This document shows positions 1-9,429 of a DNA stretch of 28,083 bases, one piece after another. Each line of letters begins with the position of its first letter. The first letter of the stretch is position 1. The position numbers were made by a program, and so were the translations under genes. The DNA is from a virus (taxonomy: Duplodnaviria; Heunggongvirae; Uroviricota; Caudoviricetes): IMG/VR virus record IMGVR_UViG_2802429242_000010, positions 1 to 28,083 of that record; one strand, 5' to 3'. The notes beneath the pieces are model-generated. The model worked only from the letters and a program-made list of their open reading frames with translations. It did not search any database and was not told where the DNA came from.

Positions 1-7
1 AGAAATT

Positions 8-36
8 GGGCTTCCACCTGGGAAGCCCTTTCTTTT
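8..36 (+). terminator. Intrinsic terminator-like hairpin with T-tract at the left edge, probably for a plus-strand gene ending upstream of the window
   Basis: Inverted repeat GGGCTTCC-acctg-GGAAGCCC followed by TTTCTTTT on the plus strand. Also lies downstream of pspG on the other strand, so may act bidirectionally. Confidence 0.45.
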
Positions 37-163
37 ATAGTTCGGCTGTATGTAGGGTACAGCTCGATGAATTTGTTTGACGCGCAATAGTGACAGATTT
101 GATTATCAATTCCTATTTTGTTCTAAGGATAAAACCTTAGGTTGTGATCATCCGCACAATCCC

Positions 164-406
164 TTAGTAACGCCAGCGGTCATAGCGCTGATATTTCGGC
201 ACTTTTGGTGCTTTAATCGTCTTGATTACCCACACTACTGCAATCGCCAACAGCAGCCACGGCAACAACTTGATCATCAATGCCAGCATACCGCCGAGGA
301 ACATAATGGCCGTCGCCACAACCAGCGCGGCGATAATACCCAGCAACGAAACACCAGTGACCATCAACATGACAAAAAAGCCAATAACGAAAAGTAGTTC
401 CAGCAT
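164..406 (-). CDS. pspG: Phage shock protein G (small inner-membrane protein)
   Basis: ORF 164..481 contains a sequence I recognise as PspG starting at the internal Met (MLELLFVIGFFVML...KYQRYDRWRY, 80 aa). Two hydrophobic helices. Sits next to dusA as in enterobacterial chromosomes. Confidence 0.85.
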   Translation of the reverse strand: MLELLFVIGFFVMLMVTGVSLLGIIAALVVATAIMFLGGMLALMIKLLPWLLLAIAVVWVIKTIKAPKVPKYQRYDRWRY

Positions 407-437
407 GATGTTCTCCCAAAAATGAAATCTCTTGCTG

Positions 438-458
438 CCATTACAAGAATCATGCCAA
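438..458 (-). promoter_or_regulatory. Candidate sigma-54 (-24/-12) promoter of pspG
   Basis: Minus-strand sequence TTGGCATGATTCTTGTAAT about 30 nt upstream of the pspG start fits the GG-N10-(G/T)C sigma-54 pattern and resembles the pspA promoter (TGGCACGCAAATTGT). The psp regulon is known to be sigma-54/PspF dependent. Confidence 0.5.
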
Positions 459-541
459 AAACTAATATATTGATTTATCAAAGAAAACGCCCCGCGACCG
501 TGCGCAGGGCGTAGTGAATTTGACTACTTTATGGTGAAAAA

Positions 542-1579
542 TTAACGCTTGTCCGCCACCAGTTTGAGCGCGTGTTCCAGCACGTTAATATCGGCACCTG
601 CTTTATGGGCATTTTCACTTAAATAACGCCGCCACTGCCGCGCGCCAGGGATCCCCTGGAACAACCCCAACATATGGCGGGTGATATGACCGAGATACGT
701 ACCCTGGCTAAGCTCGCGTTCAATGTACGGATACATGGCTCGTACCACCGCCACCGGATCGGCATCGGTATCCGAGGAACCAAAAATCTCACGATCCACC
801 GCCGCCAGAATGCCGGGGTTTTGATACGCCTCGCGCCCGACCATCACACCATCCATATGTTGCAAATGCGCTTTAGCCTCTTCCAGCGACTTAATACCAC
901 CGTTAATCGACATCGTCAGATGCGGGAAATCACGCTTCAGTTGATAGACGCGCGGGTAATCGAGCGGCGGGATTTCACGGTTTTCTTTCGGACTTAAACC
1001 AGAAAGCCAGGCTTTACGCGCGTGGATGATAAACATCTCGCATTCGCCTTTGCCGGAAACGGTGTTGATGAAATCACAGAGAAATTCATAACTGTCCTGA
1101 TCATCAATGCCAATACGCGTTTTCACCGTCACCGGAATCGACACCACATCGCGCATCGCTTTCACGCAGTCGGCTACCAATTGCGCATTGCCCATCAGGC
1201 ACGCGCCAAACATCCCGTTCTGCACCCGGTCAGATGGGCAGCCAACATTCAGGTTGATCTCATCGTATCCGCGCGCTTGTGCCAGCTTCGCACATTGCGC
1301 CAGCGCCGCCGGATCGCTTCCACCCAACTGCAACGCCACCGGATGCTCTTCTTCACTGTACGCCAGGTAATCACCTTTACCGTGAATAATCGCCCCGGTG
1401 GTCACCATTTCGGTATAGAGCAACGTATTGCGGGAAAGCAGACGCAGGAAATAGCGGCAGTGTCTGTCCGTCCAGTCGAGCATAGGAGCAATGCTAAACC
1501 GAGAATTCCAGTAAACACCAGTTTTTTCAGGCATCACGCTGGTTTGATTAATTTTTTGTGTTTCATGATTATCGTGCAT
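542..1579 (-). CDS. dusA: tRNA-dihydrouridine synthase A
   Basis: 345-aa ORF with the conserved Dus/TIM-barrel core ([21 protein letters not shown], catalytic Cys region) that I recognise as enterobacterial DusA. Its 5' end directly abuts the integrase gene. Confidence 0.9.
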   Translation of the reverse strand: MHDNHETQKINQTSVMPEKTGVYWNSRFSIAPMLDWTDRHCRYFLRLLSRNTLLYTEMVTTGAIIHGKGDYLAYSEEEHPVALQLGGSDPAALAQCAKLAQARGYDEINLNVGCPSDRVQNGMFGACLMGNAQLVADCVKAMRDVVSIPVTVKTRIGIDDQDSYEFLCDFINTVSGKGECEMFIIHARKAWLSGLSPKENREIPPLDYPRVYQLKRDFPHLTMSINGGIKSLEEAKAHLQHMDGVMVGREAYQNPGILAAVDREIFGSSDTDADPVAVVRAMYPYIERELSQGTYLGHITRHMLGLFQGIPGARQWRRYLSENAHKAGADINVLEHALKLVADKR

Positions 1580-1667
1580 TTTTGAACATTTCAGGCTATT
1601 TTTCTCGCGTTAGGTTCCCGCACAGGTTCCCACGTTTTATGGGAACCCGAAATAACGAGGTCGTGTA

Positions 1668-2765
1668 ATGGCGTACTATAACATAGAGAAACGACTAAAA
1701 TCCGATGGCACACCACGCTATCGCTGTAATGTGATTATCAAAGAAAAAGGTGTTATCACTTACAGGGAAAGCAAAACATTCCCTAAACATGCCCATGCCA
1801 AAACATGGGGTACACAGAAAGTGATGGAATTAGATCTATATGGCATTCCATCATCAAATGCAGTCGACGGACTTACAGTCCGTGACTTACTACACAAATA
1901 TTTAAATGACCCAAATGCCGGAGGTAAAGCAGGCCGTACTAAAAGATATGTGCTGGAACTGCTTATGGATAGTGACATCTCCGCGATCAAACTATCCGAA
2001 CTGACAGAAAATGACGTAATTGAACATTGCAGGCTAAGAAACAACGCTGGTGCAGGTCCAGCAACAGTCAGCCACGATGTTAGTTATCTTGGCAGTGTTC
2101 TGGATGCGGCCAAACCTGTATACGGAATTAATTACACATCAAACCCGGCGAAAAGCGCTCGTCCATATCTACTTAAACTTGGTTTGATTGGTAAATCAAA
2201 CCGTCGTAATCGTAGACCAGCATCTGATGAACTGGACATGCTCATTGAAGGCCTTCAACAACGATCTACTCATAAATGCTCAAAAATTCCGTTCGTTGAT
2301 ATCCTCAAATTTTCTGTGTGGTCCTGTATGCGAATCGGAGAAGTATGCCGGTTACGATGGGAAGATCTCGACCAGGAACAAAAATCTATACTCGTAAGAG
2401 ACAGGAAAGATCCACGCAAAAAGGAAGGCAACCACATGAAAGTAGCCTTGCTTGGGGAAGCCTGGGATATCGTCCAACGACAGCCCCAAAAATCGGAATT
2501 CATTTTTCCATATAACAGCACTTCTGTTACTGCGGGATTTCAGAGGGTAAGAAGCAAATTAGGTATTAAAGATCTGCGATACCATGATTTGCGTAGAGAA
2601 GGGGCAAGTCGCTTATTTGAGGCTGGTTTTAGTATTGAGGAAGTCGCCCAAGTTACAGGGCATCGTTCATTAAACGTGCTATGGCAGGTATATACCGAAC
2701 TGTATCCGAAATCTTTACATAATCGTTTTGAAGAGCTCCAAAAGAGCAGAAATAAGACCTCTTAA
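1668..2765 (+). CDS. int: Tyrosine-type site-specific integrase (dusA-associated family)
   Basis: 365 aa. C-terminal catalytic region with R (RIGEVCRLRWEDLD), H-x-x-R (YHDLRREG) and the tyrosine region (GHRSLNVLWQVYTEL). Located directly beside the 5' end of dusA. Confidence 0.9.
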   Translation: MAYYNIEKRLKSDGTPRYRCNVIIKEKGVITYRESKTFPKHAHAKTWGTQKVMELDLYGIPSSNAVDGLTVRDLLHKYLNDPNAGGKAGRTKRYVLELLMDSDISAIKLSELTENDVIEHCRLRNNAGAGPATVSHDVSYLGSVLDAAKPVYGINYTSNPAKSARPYLLKLGLIGKSNRRNRRPASDELDMLIEGLQQRSTHKCSKIPFVDILKFSVWSCMRIGEVCRLRWEDLDQEQKSILVRDRKDPRKKEGNHMKVALLGEAWDIVQRQPQKSEFIFPYNSTSVTAGFQRVRSKLGIKDLRYHDLRREGASRLFEAGFSIEEVAQVTGHRSLNVLWQVYTELYPKSLHNRFEELQKSRNKTS

Positions 2766-2785
2766 CACTGTTTATCCATACAGTT
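2766..2785. promoter_or_regulatory. LexA (SOS) box 1 upstream of the dinI-like gene
   Basis: cACTGTttatccatACAGtt matches CTGT-N8-ACAG. Confidence 0.6.
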
Positions 2786-2793
2786 AAAAATAA

Positions 2794-2813
2794 TACTGTA
2801 TACAAACACAGTA
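2794..2813. promoter_or_regulatory. LexA (SOS) box 2 upstream of the dinI-like gene
   Basis: TACTGTatacaaacACAGTA is a close match to the TACTG(TA)5CAGTA consensus. Lies about 15 nt upstream of RBS AGAGGG and the ATG at 2827. Confidence 0.7.
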
Positions 2814-2826
2814 TAGAGGGACTTTT

Positions 2827-3075
2827 ATGCGTATTGAAATCTGCATAGCCAAAGAAAAAATGACTAAAATGCCAACCGGTGCTGTGGATGCGTTAAAGGA
2901 AGAATTAACCCGACGCATCAGTAAACGTTATGACGATGTAGAGGTGATCGTAAAAGCCACCAGCAACGATGGCCTTTCTATTACGCGCACCGCCGATAAA
3001 GATTCAGCTAAAACTTTTGTTCAGGAGACTCTGAAAGATACCTGGGAATCTGCTGACGAGTGGTTTGTTCACTAA
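2827..3075 (+). CDS. dinI: DinI-family DNA-damage-inducible protein (prophage copy)
   Basis: 82 aa, MRIEI...[16 protein letters not shown], which I recognise as DinI-like (DinI ends ...QETWESADDWFV). Preceded by two LexA boxes. Confidence 0.85.
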   Translation: MRIEICIAKEKMTKMPTGAVDALKEELTRRISKRYDDVEVIVKATSNDGLSITRTADKDSAKTFVQETLKDTWESADEWFVH

Positions 3076-3242
3076 TTAACACGTAAAATCGGTAACGGCT
3101 GGAAATCATTCAATACTCGCACTATCGAAAGTTCGCCAGCCAGCCGCAGCACGTTCTTGCATACGACGTGGCTGCGGCTTCCAACATTAGACAAATAACT
3201 CTTTAAGTTGCCTTTAAATTAATACCAGCACCGCGCCGGATG

Positions 3243-3683
3243 TCATCTGGCCTGAACTGCCGGAGGCGTAGGCCATTCAATATCTGGAGCACTGGAGGTA
3301 TCAACCAGTTCCAGTGCGTCCAGATAATCCAGCCACAAATTATATTGCGCCAGTTCCTCACCTTTCAGACGACCAATAGCTGCTTTACCTGGCCATTGCC
3401 TGTTATTCATGTGCTCATTGGCAGTATCTATGCGCCGCTGACGCTCGTATTCTGCCATCTTTATCAGTTCTTCAGGTGCCAGTGGCGGAATATCACTCCA
3501 TACGGGATAACCATCATCACCCGCAATCCTCATTTTTCCCTCCGGTGGCTTCTGAAATGCAGAAAAAGTTTCTTCATCAACCTCCACGCCTTTTTCTGGC
3601 CATAACCCCACGGATTCATAATGTAATTTCAAAGCCAACGGATAGAAGGCGTTAGTTTTTGCATCATAAATATATTTGTTCAT
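3243..3683 (-). CDS. Tail fiber assembly protein (Tfa-like chaperone)
   Basis: 146 aa, directly downstream of the tail fiber gene. C-terminal region with the NLWLDYLDAL-type motif typical of Tfa proteins. Confidence 0.8.
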   Translation of the reverse strand: MNKYIYDAKTNAFYPLALKLHYESVGLWPEKGVEVDEETFSAFQKPPEGKMRIAGDDGYPVWSDIPPLAPEELIKMAEYERQRRIDTANEHMNNRQWPGKAAIGRLKGEELAQYNLWLDYLDALELVDTSSAPDIEWPTPPAVQAR

Positions 3684-3685
3684 TT

Positions 3686-4327
3686 TTATTTCCCTATTGC
3701 AATCCAGTTAGCGCCAGCACCCGTTCCGCCAGTACGAGAACTCATTAAATAAAATGCAAGTAGTCCGCCTCCTGCCGGAGTTGTCGCAAAGGCAGGGCAA
3801 TCTGTCGCACCGTTAATTGCACTGTCAAAAGACGTGGCAATACGATAACCAGATGTAAAAGGAATCGGGAAGTTAACAGTTGTTGGATAGCCGATTGGCC
3901 CTGCAATACTGACGCCAAACTGTATGATTGTACCATCCGGAAATTTCATCCAGCCTGGCCCCGACGTGAAGCTAGCCATATCCGGGATCTGATTTACCCC
4001 GGTTCCAACCTCCCGTTTTGCCGCTTCTCCCAAACCAAGGTTTTCGAGAGCCGTTTTCACCGTGCCGTCCGATTTGATATCGCCAAACGGATTTTTGCGG
4101 CTTAACAGTAGCGCACTAAGCGCGGTAAGCAGCTGGTCGTGCCGCCCCTTCTCCAGGCTGGCACCGGATGCCTCCACCACGCCGCAAAGCTCCTCCTGCA
4201 ACATGTCAAAGTAGTCATCATCCAGATCGGTGGCAGGTGTGCCGGTCTGGGGGTTACCACGGGTAAAACCGTTCTTACCCGCGCCGAACTTATCCTTCTG
4301 CGCGGTTTTCGTGTCTATACGATGCAT
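3686..4327 (-). CDS. Tail fiber protein (short, 213 aa)
   Basis: Position between baseplate genes and tfa. N-terminus [46 protein letters not shown] resembles conserved tail-fiber N-termini; Gly-rich C-terminal tip. Confidence 0.65.
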   Translation of the reverse strand: MHRIDTKTAQKDKFGAGKNGFTRGNPQTGTPATDLDDDYFDMLQEELCGVVEASGASLEKGRHDQLLTALSALLLSRKNPFGDIKSDGTVKTALENLGLGEAAKREVGTGVNQIPDMASFTSGPGWMKFPDGTIIQFGVSIAGPIGYPTTVNFPIPFTSGYRIATSFDSAINGATDCPAFATTPAGGGLLAFYLMSSRTGGTGAGANWIAIGK

Positions 4328-4330
4328 GGA

Positions 4331-4915
4331 TTACTCCGGATATTTAAAAATTACGTAGGTATGCGACGGGCAGAGTTTGTTAAGCACACACTCGACAACG
4401 GTGTCGCCCCAGATACGCAGCGCGGAATCACAGGGATCGCCACATGTCATCCAGGTGGTGTTGGTGGCAGCTGGCATGTTGACCTGCCAGTAATACCGCC
4501 ATTCCGGCGCGTTCACAGCGTCAGTACAGGCCGATGAGCAGGTGAACGTGCTTTTGTCGTATCGCGTGATGGTAGCGTCTGGTCTGCCCAGGGCAGCAAG
4601 CTGTGCAAGGTAAAAATCCTCATTGATGCCGCCCGCCAGGTTAACCTTCGCATCCAGTCGTTGCTGACGCTGGCGAAGGGTCTGTGTCCCTGCGGGAATA
4701 CATTCATCCGGCAGGCCGCACAGACGCTCCCAGCGATTTATCAGTTCGGTGGTGGTGCGCGGATCCAGCTCCCGCATCAGGGCATCCGCACGCTGATGAA
4801 CGCGGGTTAATGACGGTGCCGCACCGGCAATCGCCGGATCGCTGGCTGACCACGCCGGACCGGGCGGCAACAGTGCTGACAACAGACGGATGTAATCATC
4901 GTTTGTCACGTCCAT
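4331..4915 (-). CDS. Tail/baseplate protein (Mu gp48-like, DUF2313-type)
   Basis: 194 aa; position and overlap with the upstream baseplate J-like gene; family assignment from memory of Mu-like tail clusters. Confidence 0.6.
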   Translation of the reverse strand: MDVTNDDYIRLLSALLPPGPAWSASDPAIAGAAPSLTRVHQRADALMRELDPRTTTELINRWERLCGLPDECIPAGTQTLRQRQQRLDAKVNLAGGINEDFYLAQLAALGRPDATITRYDKSTFTCSSACTDAVNAPEWRYYWQVNMPAATNTTWMTCGDPCDSALRIWGDTVVECVLNKLCPSHTYVIFKYPE

Positions 4916-5964
4916 GAAATCGCCCCCAGAACCGCCAGTTCATTTTTCGCAATGGTGATATTGTCCGCCGGAGCAAGCAACTGATGGCTGTATTCCCCGT
5001 TCGCACCGGAAATCGCTTCACTGATACGCGACACCTTCAGTTCTCCCTGCGGATAACCATCACGCAGCAGGAACGAACGCAACTCGGCGGTGATGGCAGC
5101 CCGTATTTCCGGTGTATCCGGCGTCACACGGATATGAAAATCCACCGTATGTGCCACCGGCCTGAACACATACAAATCAGAGCCTGCCACCGGGGCCAGT
5201 GGCTCGATATGTTGTCTTGCCGCCGTTTCCGTTGATTCTTCCGGAATGGGATTAATCAGGTCACTGCTGGCAATCATCACACCGACAGTTCCCGTTCCCA
5301 TCCAGTGACGGTATGTCCATGCGCGGGTAATACCGGGCACTTCTTTAGCCCAGACTACATAGTCCCCGTCAGCCCCGCCCTGCGGCGTCCAGTAATACCG
5401 CTCAATGACGCGGGCGCGCCACGTTTCCAGCTCTTCAGTATCAAATCCGCCTGTCAGGGTGTCAGCCACACCGGAAGACGGCAGACCATTCACCGGCGTG
5501 ACCAGGATTAATGCCGTACCGTCGTCAGCGTTACCGACCGCGCCTGCATTTGAGCAGGCGATCGGCACGCGCAGGACACCACCGGAGCTGGTTGCATCGG
5601 CAGTTGCAGTATACTGAACCAGGTCATCGCGCTGAATAACACTCCCGGCGGTCACCTTCAGGCCATCGCTGACACCTTCCCAGCGCATATACCCGCTGGC
5701 AGCCGTGGCCCCCTTGCGCGGACACCGTTTCATCGCAGCATGTCGCGCCAGCCAGGACTCATCGCACAGGTCAGGCAGCATGTTCATTGCCAGATAATCG
5801 ATGTACCCGTAAACCGTATGCAGCGCCGCCGCATACACCTTTGCCCGCACGTCTTCATCCATGCGCCGGAGCGTGTCGCTGACGTCCAGCCTGGCGAATA
5901 AATCGTTACGGAGCATACTGATATTTTCTGCCAGCGTCGGGCGCTGAAATTCACTGTCCGCCAT
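4906..5964 (-). CDS. Baseplate J-like protein (Mu gp47-like)
   Basis: 352 aa; size and position in the baseplate cluster, overlapping neighbours on both sides (translational coupling). Confidence 0.75.
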   Translation of the reverse strand: MADSEFQRPTLAENISMLRNDLFARLDVSDTLRRMDEDVRAKVYAAALHTVYGYIDYLAMNMLPDLCDESWLARHAAMKRCPRKGATAASGYMRWEGVSDGLKVTAGSVIQRDDLVQYTATADATSSGGVLRVPIACSNAGAVGNADDGTALILVTPVNGLPSSGVADTLTGGFDTEELETWRARVIERYYWTPQGGADGDYVVWAKEVPGITRAWTYRHWMGTGTVGVMIASSDLINPIPEESTETAARQHIEPLAPVAGSDLYVFRPVAHTVDFHIRVTPDTPEIRAAITAELRSFLLRDGYPQGELKVSRISEAISGANGEYSHQLLAPADNITIAKNELAVLGAISWT

Positions 5965-6379
5965 GCGTTATCGCACTCCACAGATCATCAAAAGAAATCA
6001 TTACCGGTCCGTCACGACGCCAGAGAGTGATACTGTTACCCAGTTCATTAATCCCGGTGCGGCGGATATCCAGATCAATACGGGACACCACGCCGTCATC
6101 AATCATCCATTGCAGGCATTCGCGGATATATCCCCTTACCGTCTGCACCAGTTGATTGGTCAGTTTGCTGCGCTGAAGCAGCCACAGTCGGGAGCCGTAA
6201 CGGTCATTCTGTACCGCAGGCCAGGTATCCCCCCACCATCCCATCGGGACGTCGGCATTGTCATCAGGCTCCGCCCGCCGCCAGGTGAACAGGGAAATCA
6301 CCACGGCGCGGGTCAGCGGATCCAGCGGTGCGCTGGCGCAGGTGCGTTTACCGTTCACCGTCAGCCACAGTTCCATCAT
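5951..6379 (-). CDS. Baseplate protein (Mu gp46-like)
   Basis: 142 aa; conserved position between the spike and baseplate J genes; 4-nt overlap with the upstream gene. Confidence 0.65.
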   Translation of the reverse strand: MMELWLTVNGKRTCASAPLDPLTRAVVISLFTWRRAEPDDNADVPMGWWGDTWPAVQNDRYGSRLWLLQRSKLTNQLVQTVRGYIRECLQWMIDDGVVSRIDLDIRRTGINELGNSITLWRRDGPVMISFDDLWSAITHGGQ

Positions 6380-6924
6380 GCCTCCATCGCTTTATCAGGT
6401 TTGTCGGTGTTACTGCCCTGACCGTTCTCTCTGTGACGATGCCCGTTATAGGCAAGCCGCATCGCTGACATGGTGGTACCGCCGGAGTCGCACAGGTCTT
6501 TCACCTGTCCTGTCACTTCCAGGTCCATTTCAAAACGTGCTTTAGGTGAATTACGAAACGTGATCGTTTTACCTGCACCGTCCACCACGATCCCCTCCCG
6601 GGTCAGTGTCACGGACTGCCCCTGATCGTCATAGACAGCCACCTCACCCGTCTGCAGCCCTTTCAGGCGGTAGCGCCGGTCCGACACCGTAACAACCACC
6701 GCATGAGAACGGTCGCCATCCGGAAACAACACCACCGCTTCCGCACCGCTGTTTGCCCTTGCGGTAAAACCGTAGGGTTCAAGATGTTCAACCCCGGCTT
6801 TGGGTTCACCTGCAATCAGGGACACATCCACGGTCTGACATTTCGTGGCGGCACTGATGCTTTTCACCACGGCCCGCCCAATCAGGCCGAGGAGTTGTCG
6901 CTGCATGGCTTCAATCGTCCTCAT
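6376..6924 (-). CDS. Baseplate assembly/spike protein (gpV / Mu gp45-like)
   Basis: 182 aa with beta-rich central region (VVVTVSDRRYRLKGLQTGEVAVYDDQGQSVTL) typical of gpV-like spike proteins. Confidence 0.7.
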   Translation of the reverse strand: MRTIEAMQRQLLGLIGRAVVKSISAATKCQTVDVSLIAGEPKAGVEHLEPYGFTARANSGAEAVVLFPDGDRSHAVVVTVSDRRYRLKGLQTGEVAVYDDQGQSVTLTREGIVVDGAGKTITFRNSPKARFEMDLEVTGQVKDLCDSGGTTMSAMRLAYNGHRHRENGQGSNTDKPDKAMEA

Positions 6925-8003
6925 CAGAACGGGTCCTCCTGTACTCTGGCTTTTTTCTTTTTCCGCGCGCCGGGGGCTTCGGGTTCAGGCAGATAAGCAT
7001 CAGGTGGGCCGACACGGATTTCCGTCAGGGTGCCGTTCTGGTCCTGAGTAAACGTGACTTCCGAAACAAGCAGTTCGGTATTGTCGAAACCACAGACCGG
7101 ATCAAAGACAATCACCCGCTGGTTGGGCTGCCACAGCGTACCGTTACCCTGTCGCCAGCCCTGCACCACATAGGTGGTTTCATCCGTCCGCGCCGCCCGT
7201 TGTCTGGCTTCAAAGTCCGCACGGGCAATACAGCCTGCCCCCGTAGCCTGCCCTGTCTGCCTGATATACATCGGACGGTAACGGGCAATAAATGCGTCCT
7301 CTGTGCGGGCCCGCAGCGCGGTGGTGGTGGCCTCACCGAAATCATCGTCGTTTCCGGCACGCTGCCCCGCCACCTGGTAAACAGAAAACCGCTCCCGGAT
7401 ACTCTTCTCCGTATCGCAGGAAAGGATGTTTTCCCCGAGTACCAGCGCAGTATGTGCCCGCGTTGAGCCAATACCGCCAATCACCAGCCTGCCGTGCGGG
7501 TCGTCGTAAGCCAGTGCCTGCTGCTGACCGAGTATTTTGTTGATTACCTCAATCACCGTTTCACCGTGATCAGGCTGAACATCAGGAATAACACCCGACG
7601 GCGCACCGCTGTTCACCACCTCAATGCCGAAAGGCGCAGCAAGCGCCTGCGCAATCTGCACCAGCGAGCGTCCGTTAAACTGTGTCGGTTCGGCTGCACA
7701 GTCAATCAGGTCAGCCGTCAGACTACGTCCGGCAATACCGGTGCTGACCGAACGGGAATCGTAACGAACGGGCGTCGCCTCCACCCAGCCGGTGATCACC
7801 AGCTCATCACCAATCAGCACTTCCACTTTTGAACCGTTTTTAATGCGCGGCTGAAGCGTGGTGATACCCTCATCTCCCGGCCACTGGCGGGTGATCTCCA
7901 CACTGAAATCCCGCGCCAGCCGTTCAATACCGGCACCGATGCGCACCGATGTCCAGCCATTCCACTCCCGGCCATTTACCCGTAGCGTGACATTGTCGTT
8001 CAT
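6924..8003 (-). CDS. Baseplate hub / tail protein (Mu gpP-like, P2 gpD-like)
   Basis: 359 aa; immediately downstream of the DNA circulation protein gene as in Mu-like tail modules. Confidence 0.65.
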   Translation of the reverse strand: MNDNVTLRVNGREWNGWTSVRIGAGIERLARDFSVEITRQWPGDEGITTLQPRIKNGSKVEVLIGDELVITGWVEATPVRYDSRSVSTGIAGRSLTADLIDCAAEPTQFNGRSLVQIAQALAAPFGIEVVNSGAPSGVIPDVQPDHGETVIEVINKILGQQQALAYDDPHGRLVIGGIGSTRAHTALVLGENILSCDTEKSIRERFSVYQVAGQRAGNDDDFGEATTTALRARTEDAFIARYRPMYIRQTGQATGAGCIARADFEARQRAARTDETTYVVQGWRQGNGTLWQPNQRVIVFDPVCGFDNTELLVSEVTFTQDQNGTLTEIRVGPPDAYLPEPEAPGARKKKKARVQEDPF

Positions 8004-9373
8004 TGCACTGGCACCTTCAGAGGGATCACCGGCACAAAGCCGGGATGCGTAATGGCATTACGCCGGATAATGTCCGCGTCACGCGCCGCGTTATCAAACC
8101 AGGTCGCCGCCAGCACCAGCGCGGGTAAAACCTCATCCGGTGTGCGCTGAATGATCCGTGCAGACTGTTCAAGGCGCGTGTTGATATCCGCATTCAGATC
8201 TGCTTTCACCCGGCGCAGCGCCAGAAACAGCGCATCGCTGGTTGTACGGGACAACTCCTTATCAATTGCCGTATTCAGTGTGTCGCGAATGTCAGTCAGT
8301 TCTTCCCACGTCGGCAGGTCAACCGTGTTTTTCACCGCCGGTGCATTGTTCAGTGCCGGATGCGTGACGGAAGGCCAGCCAGTGCTCTGCGCGGGTGTTG
8401 TTGCCTGCCCCACTGCGGAATTCTGCATCACCGCGGAAGTTGTTGGCGCAGGCAATCGGGTGACGGCATACGCCGCTTCGCTGATTGCGGTCGTACGAAG
8501 GGTGCTGGCAACCACGTTACGCTGCTGCGTCGCCGTGGCGGTGGTTTTACTGTCCGTTTTCCAGACGCCGCGCGGTTGTAGATCGCTGCCGAGGCTGACA
8601 CCGGAAAGCGTTTTGATCATGGTGACCAGGTCGCTGGCGTTGCCATAAAGGCGTTTCCCGGTACGCCACATTTTCTGCACCTGCTCAACGAAATTTTTGC
8701 CTGACGATGGCGGCGGCAGAAGTACCGAGATATCCCCCTGCAACAGCCTGGCGGCATCCGATACGGCAGAATCCACCACTTTCATCGCATCAGAAACATA
8801 CCCCAGCATTATGCTGGCATTACCGATAACGTCGTTCTGCACGAAATCCGCCACACCATCGATACTGAAACCGCTGAAGCTGTCACTGATGCAGTCATCC
8901 AGTGCAGAACAGGATGACATCAGCGTCTGCGCCGTCGCCGCACCTGATGTGGGGTAAGAGAGTTCACCTGCTTCGACAAACTTCAGGTCAAAGCGGACAA
9001 TACGCCCTTCACTTTTCGATGTGCTGACCCGAACTTCCCCGTCAACACAGACTTTCAGCTCACCATATGTCGGGTGGACAAGCGTGCCGGGACCGGGTTT
9101 ATTCAGCGCTTCAATCAGGCGATCGCGCTGGTCAAAGCAGTCATCTCCCACCACATAAGCTGTGATGGACGGGCGGAAAGTGACTTTTCCCAGATCTTCG
9201 GTATAGGGCTTGTCGCGGTTCGGGTATTCATGTGTTTCCACACGGCGACCGGTTCCCGCACTTTCTTCTTCAACCTTAAACGGCACACCTCGAAATGATG
9301 CTTCAAGTAGCTTTTCACGCCAGCCACTTCGAGAATCAGAGGATAGGTACGAAGAAATATGAGAAAAATCCAT
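8000..9373 (-). CDS. DNA circulation protein (Mu gpN-like tail protein)
   Basis: 457 aa; N-terminal region (SFRGVPFKVEEESAGTGRRVETHEYPNRDKPYTEDLG) matches the DNA-circulation N-terminal signature; downstream of the tape measure gene. Confidence 0.8.
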   Translation of the reverse strand: MDFSHISSYLSSDSRSGWREKLLEASFRGVPFKVEEESAGTGRRVETHEYPNRDKPYTEDLGKVTFRPSITAYVVGDDCFDQRDRLIEALNKPGPGTLVHPTYGELKVCVDGEVRVSTSKSEGRIVRFDLKFVEAGELSYPTSGAATAQTLMSSCSALDDCISDSFSGFSIDGVADFVQNDVIGNASIMLGYVSDAMKVVDSAVSDAARLLQGDISVLLPPPSSGKNFVEQVQKMWRTGKRLYGNASDLVTMIKTLSGVSLGSDLQPRGVWKTDSKTTATATQQRNVVASTLRTTAISEAAYAVTRLPAPTTSAVMQNSAVGQATTPAQSTGWPSVTHPALNNAPAVKNTVDLPTWEELTDIRDTLNTAIDKELSRTTSDALFLALRRVKADLNADINTRLEQSARIIQRTPDEVLPALVLAATWFDNAARDADIIRRNAITHPGFVPVIPLKVPVQ

Positions 9374-9385
9374 GGCGTCACCTCA

Positions 9386-9416
9386 AATAAAAACCGCGTG
9401 TAAACGCGGTTTTTTA
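9386..9416. terminator. Bidirectional intrinsic terminator downstream of the moron gene
   Basis: AAATAAAA-CCGCG-tgtaaa-CGCGG-TTTTTTATT: GC stem flanked by an A-run and a T-run, giving a hairpin plus U-tract on either strand. Confidence 0.6.
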
Positions 9417-9429
9417 TTAGGTAATAAAA

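Noticed and set aside
77-425. Plus-strand ORFs 77..397 and 222..425 (106 and 67 aa)
   Set aside because: They run antisense to pspG, which I recognise with high confidence; their translations are low-complexity (Q/H/N-rich) and are frame shadows.
674-1585. Plus-strand ORFs 674..997, 1022..1585 and 1107..1370 inside dusA
   Set aside because: Antisense to a clearly conserved dusA coding sequence; Arg/His-rich translations typical of antisense frames in GC-rich genes.
3686-4327. Possibility that the short 213-aa tail fiber is a truncated pseudogene or part of an invertible host-range segment
   Set aside because: ORF is intact with a clean start and stop and is followed by an intact tfa; no invertase gene or inverted repeats flank it in this window. 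Simplest reading is a genuinely short fiber.
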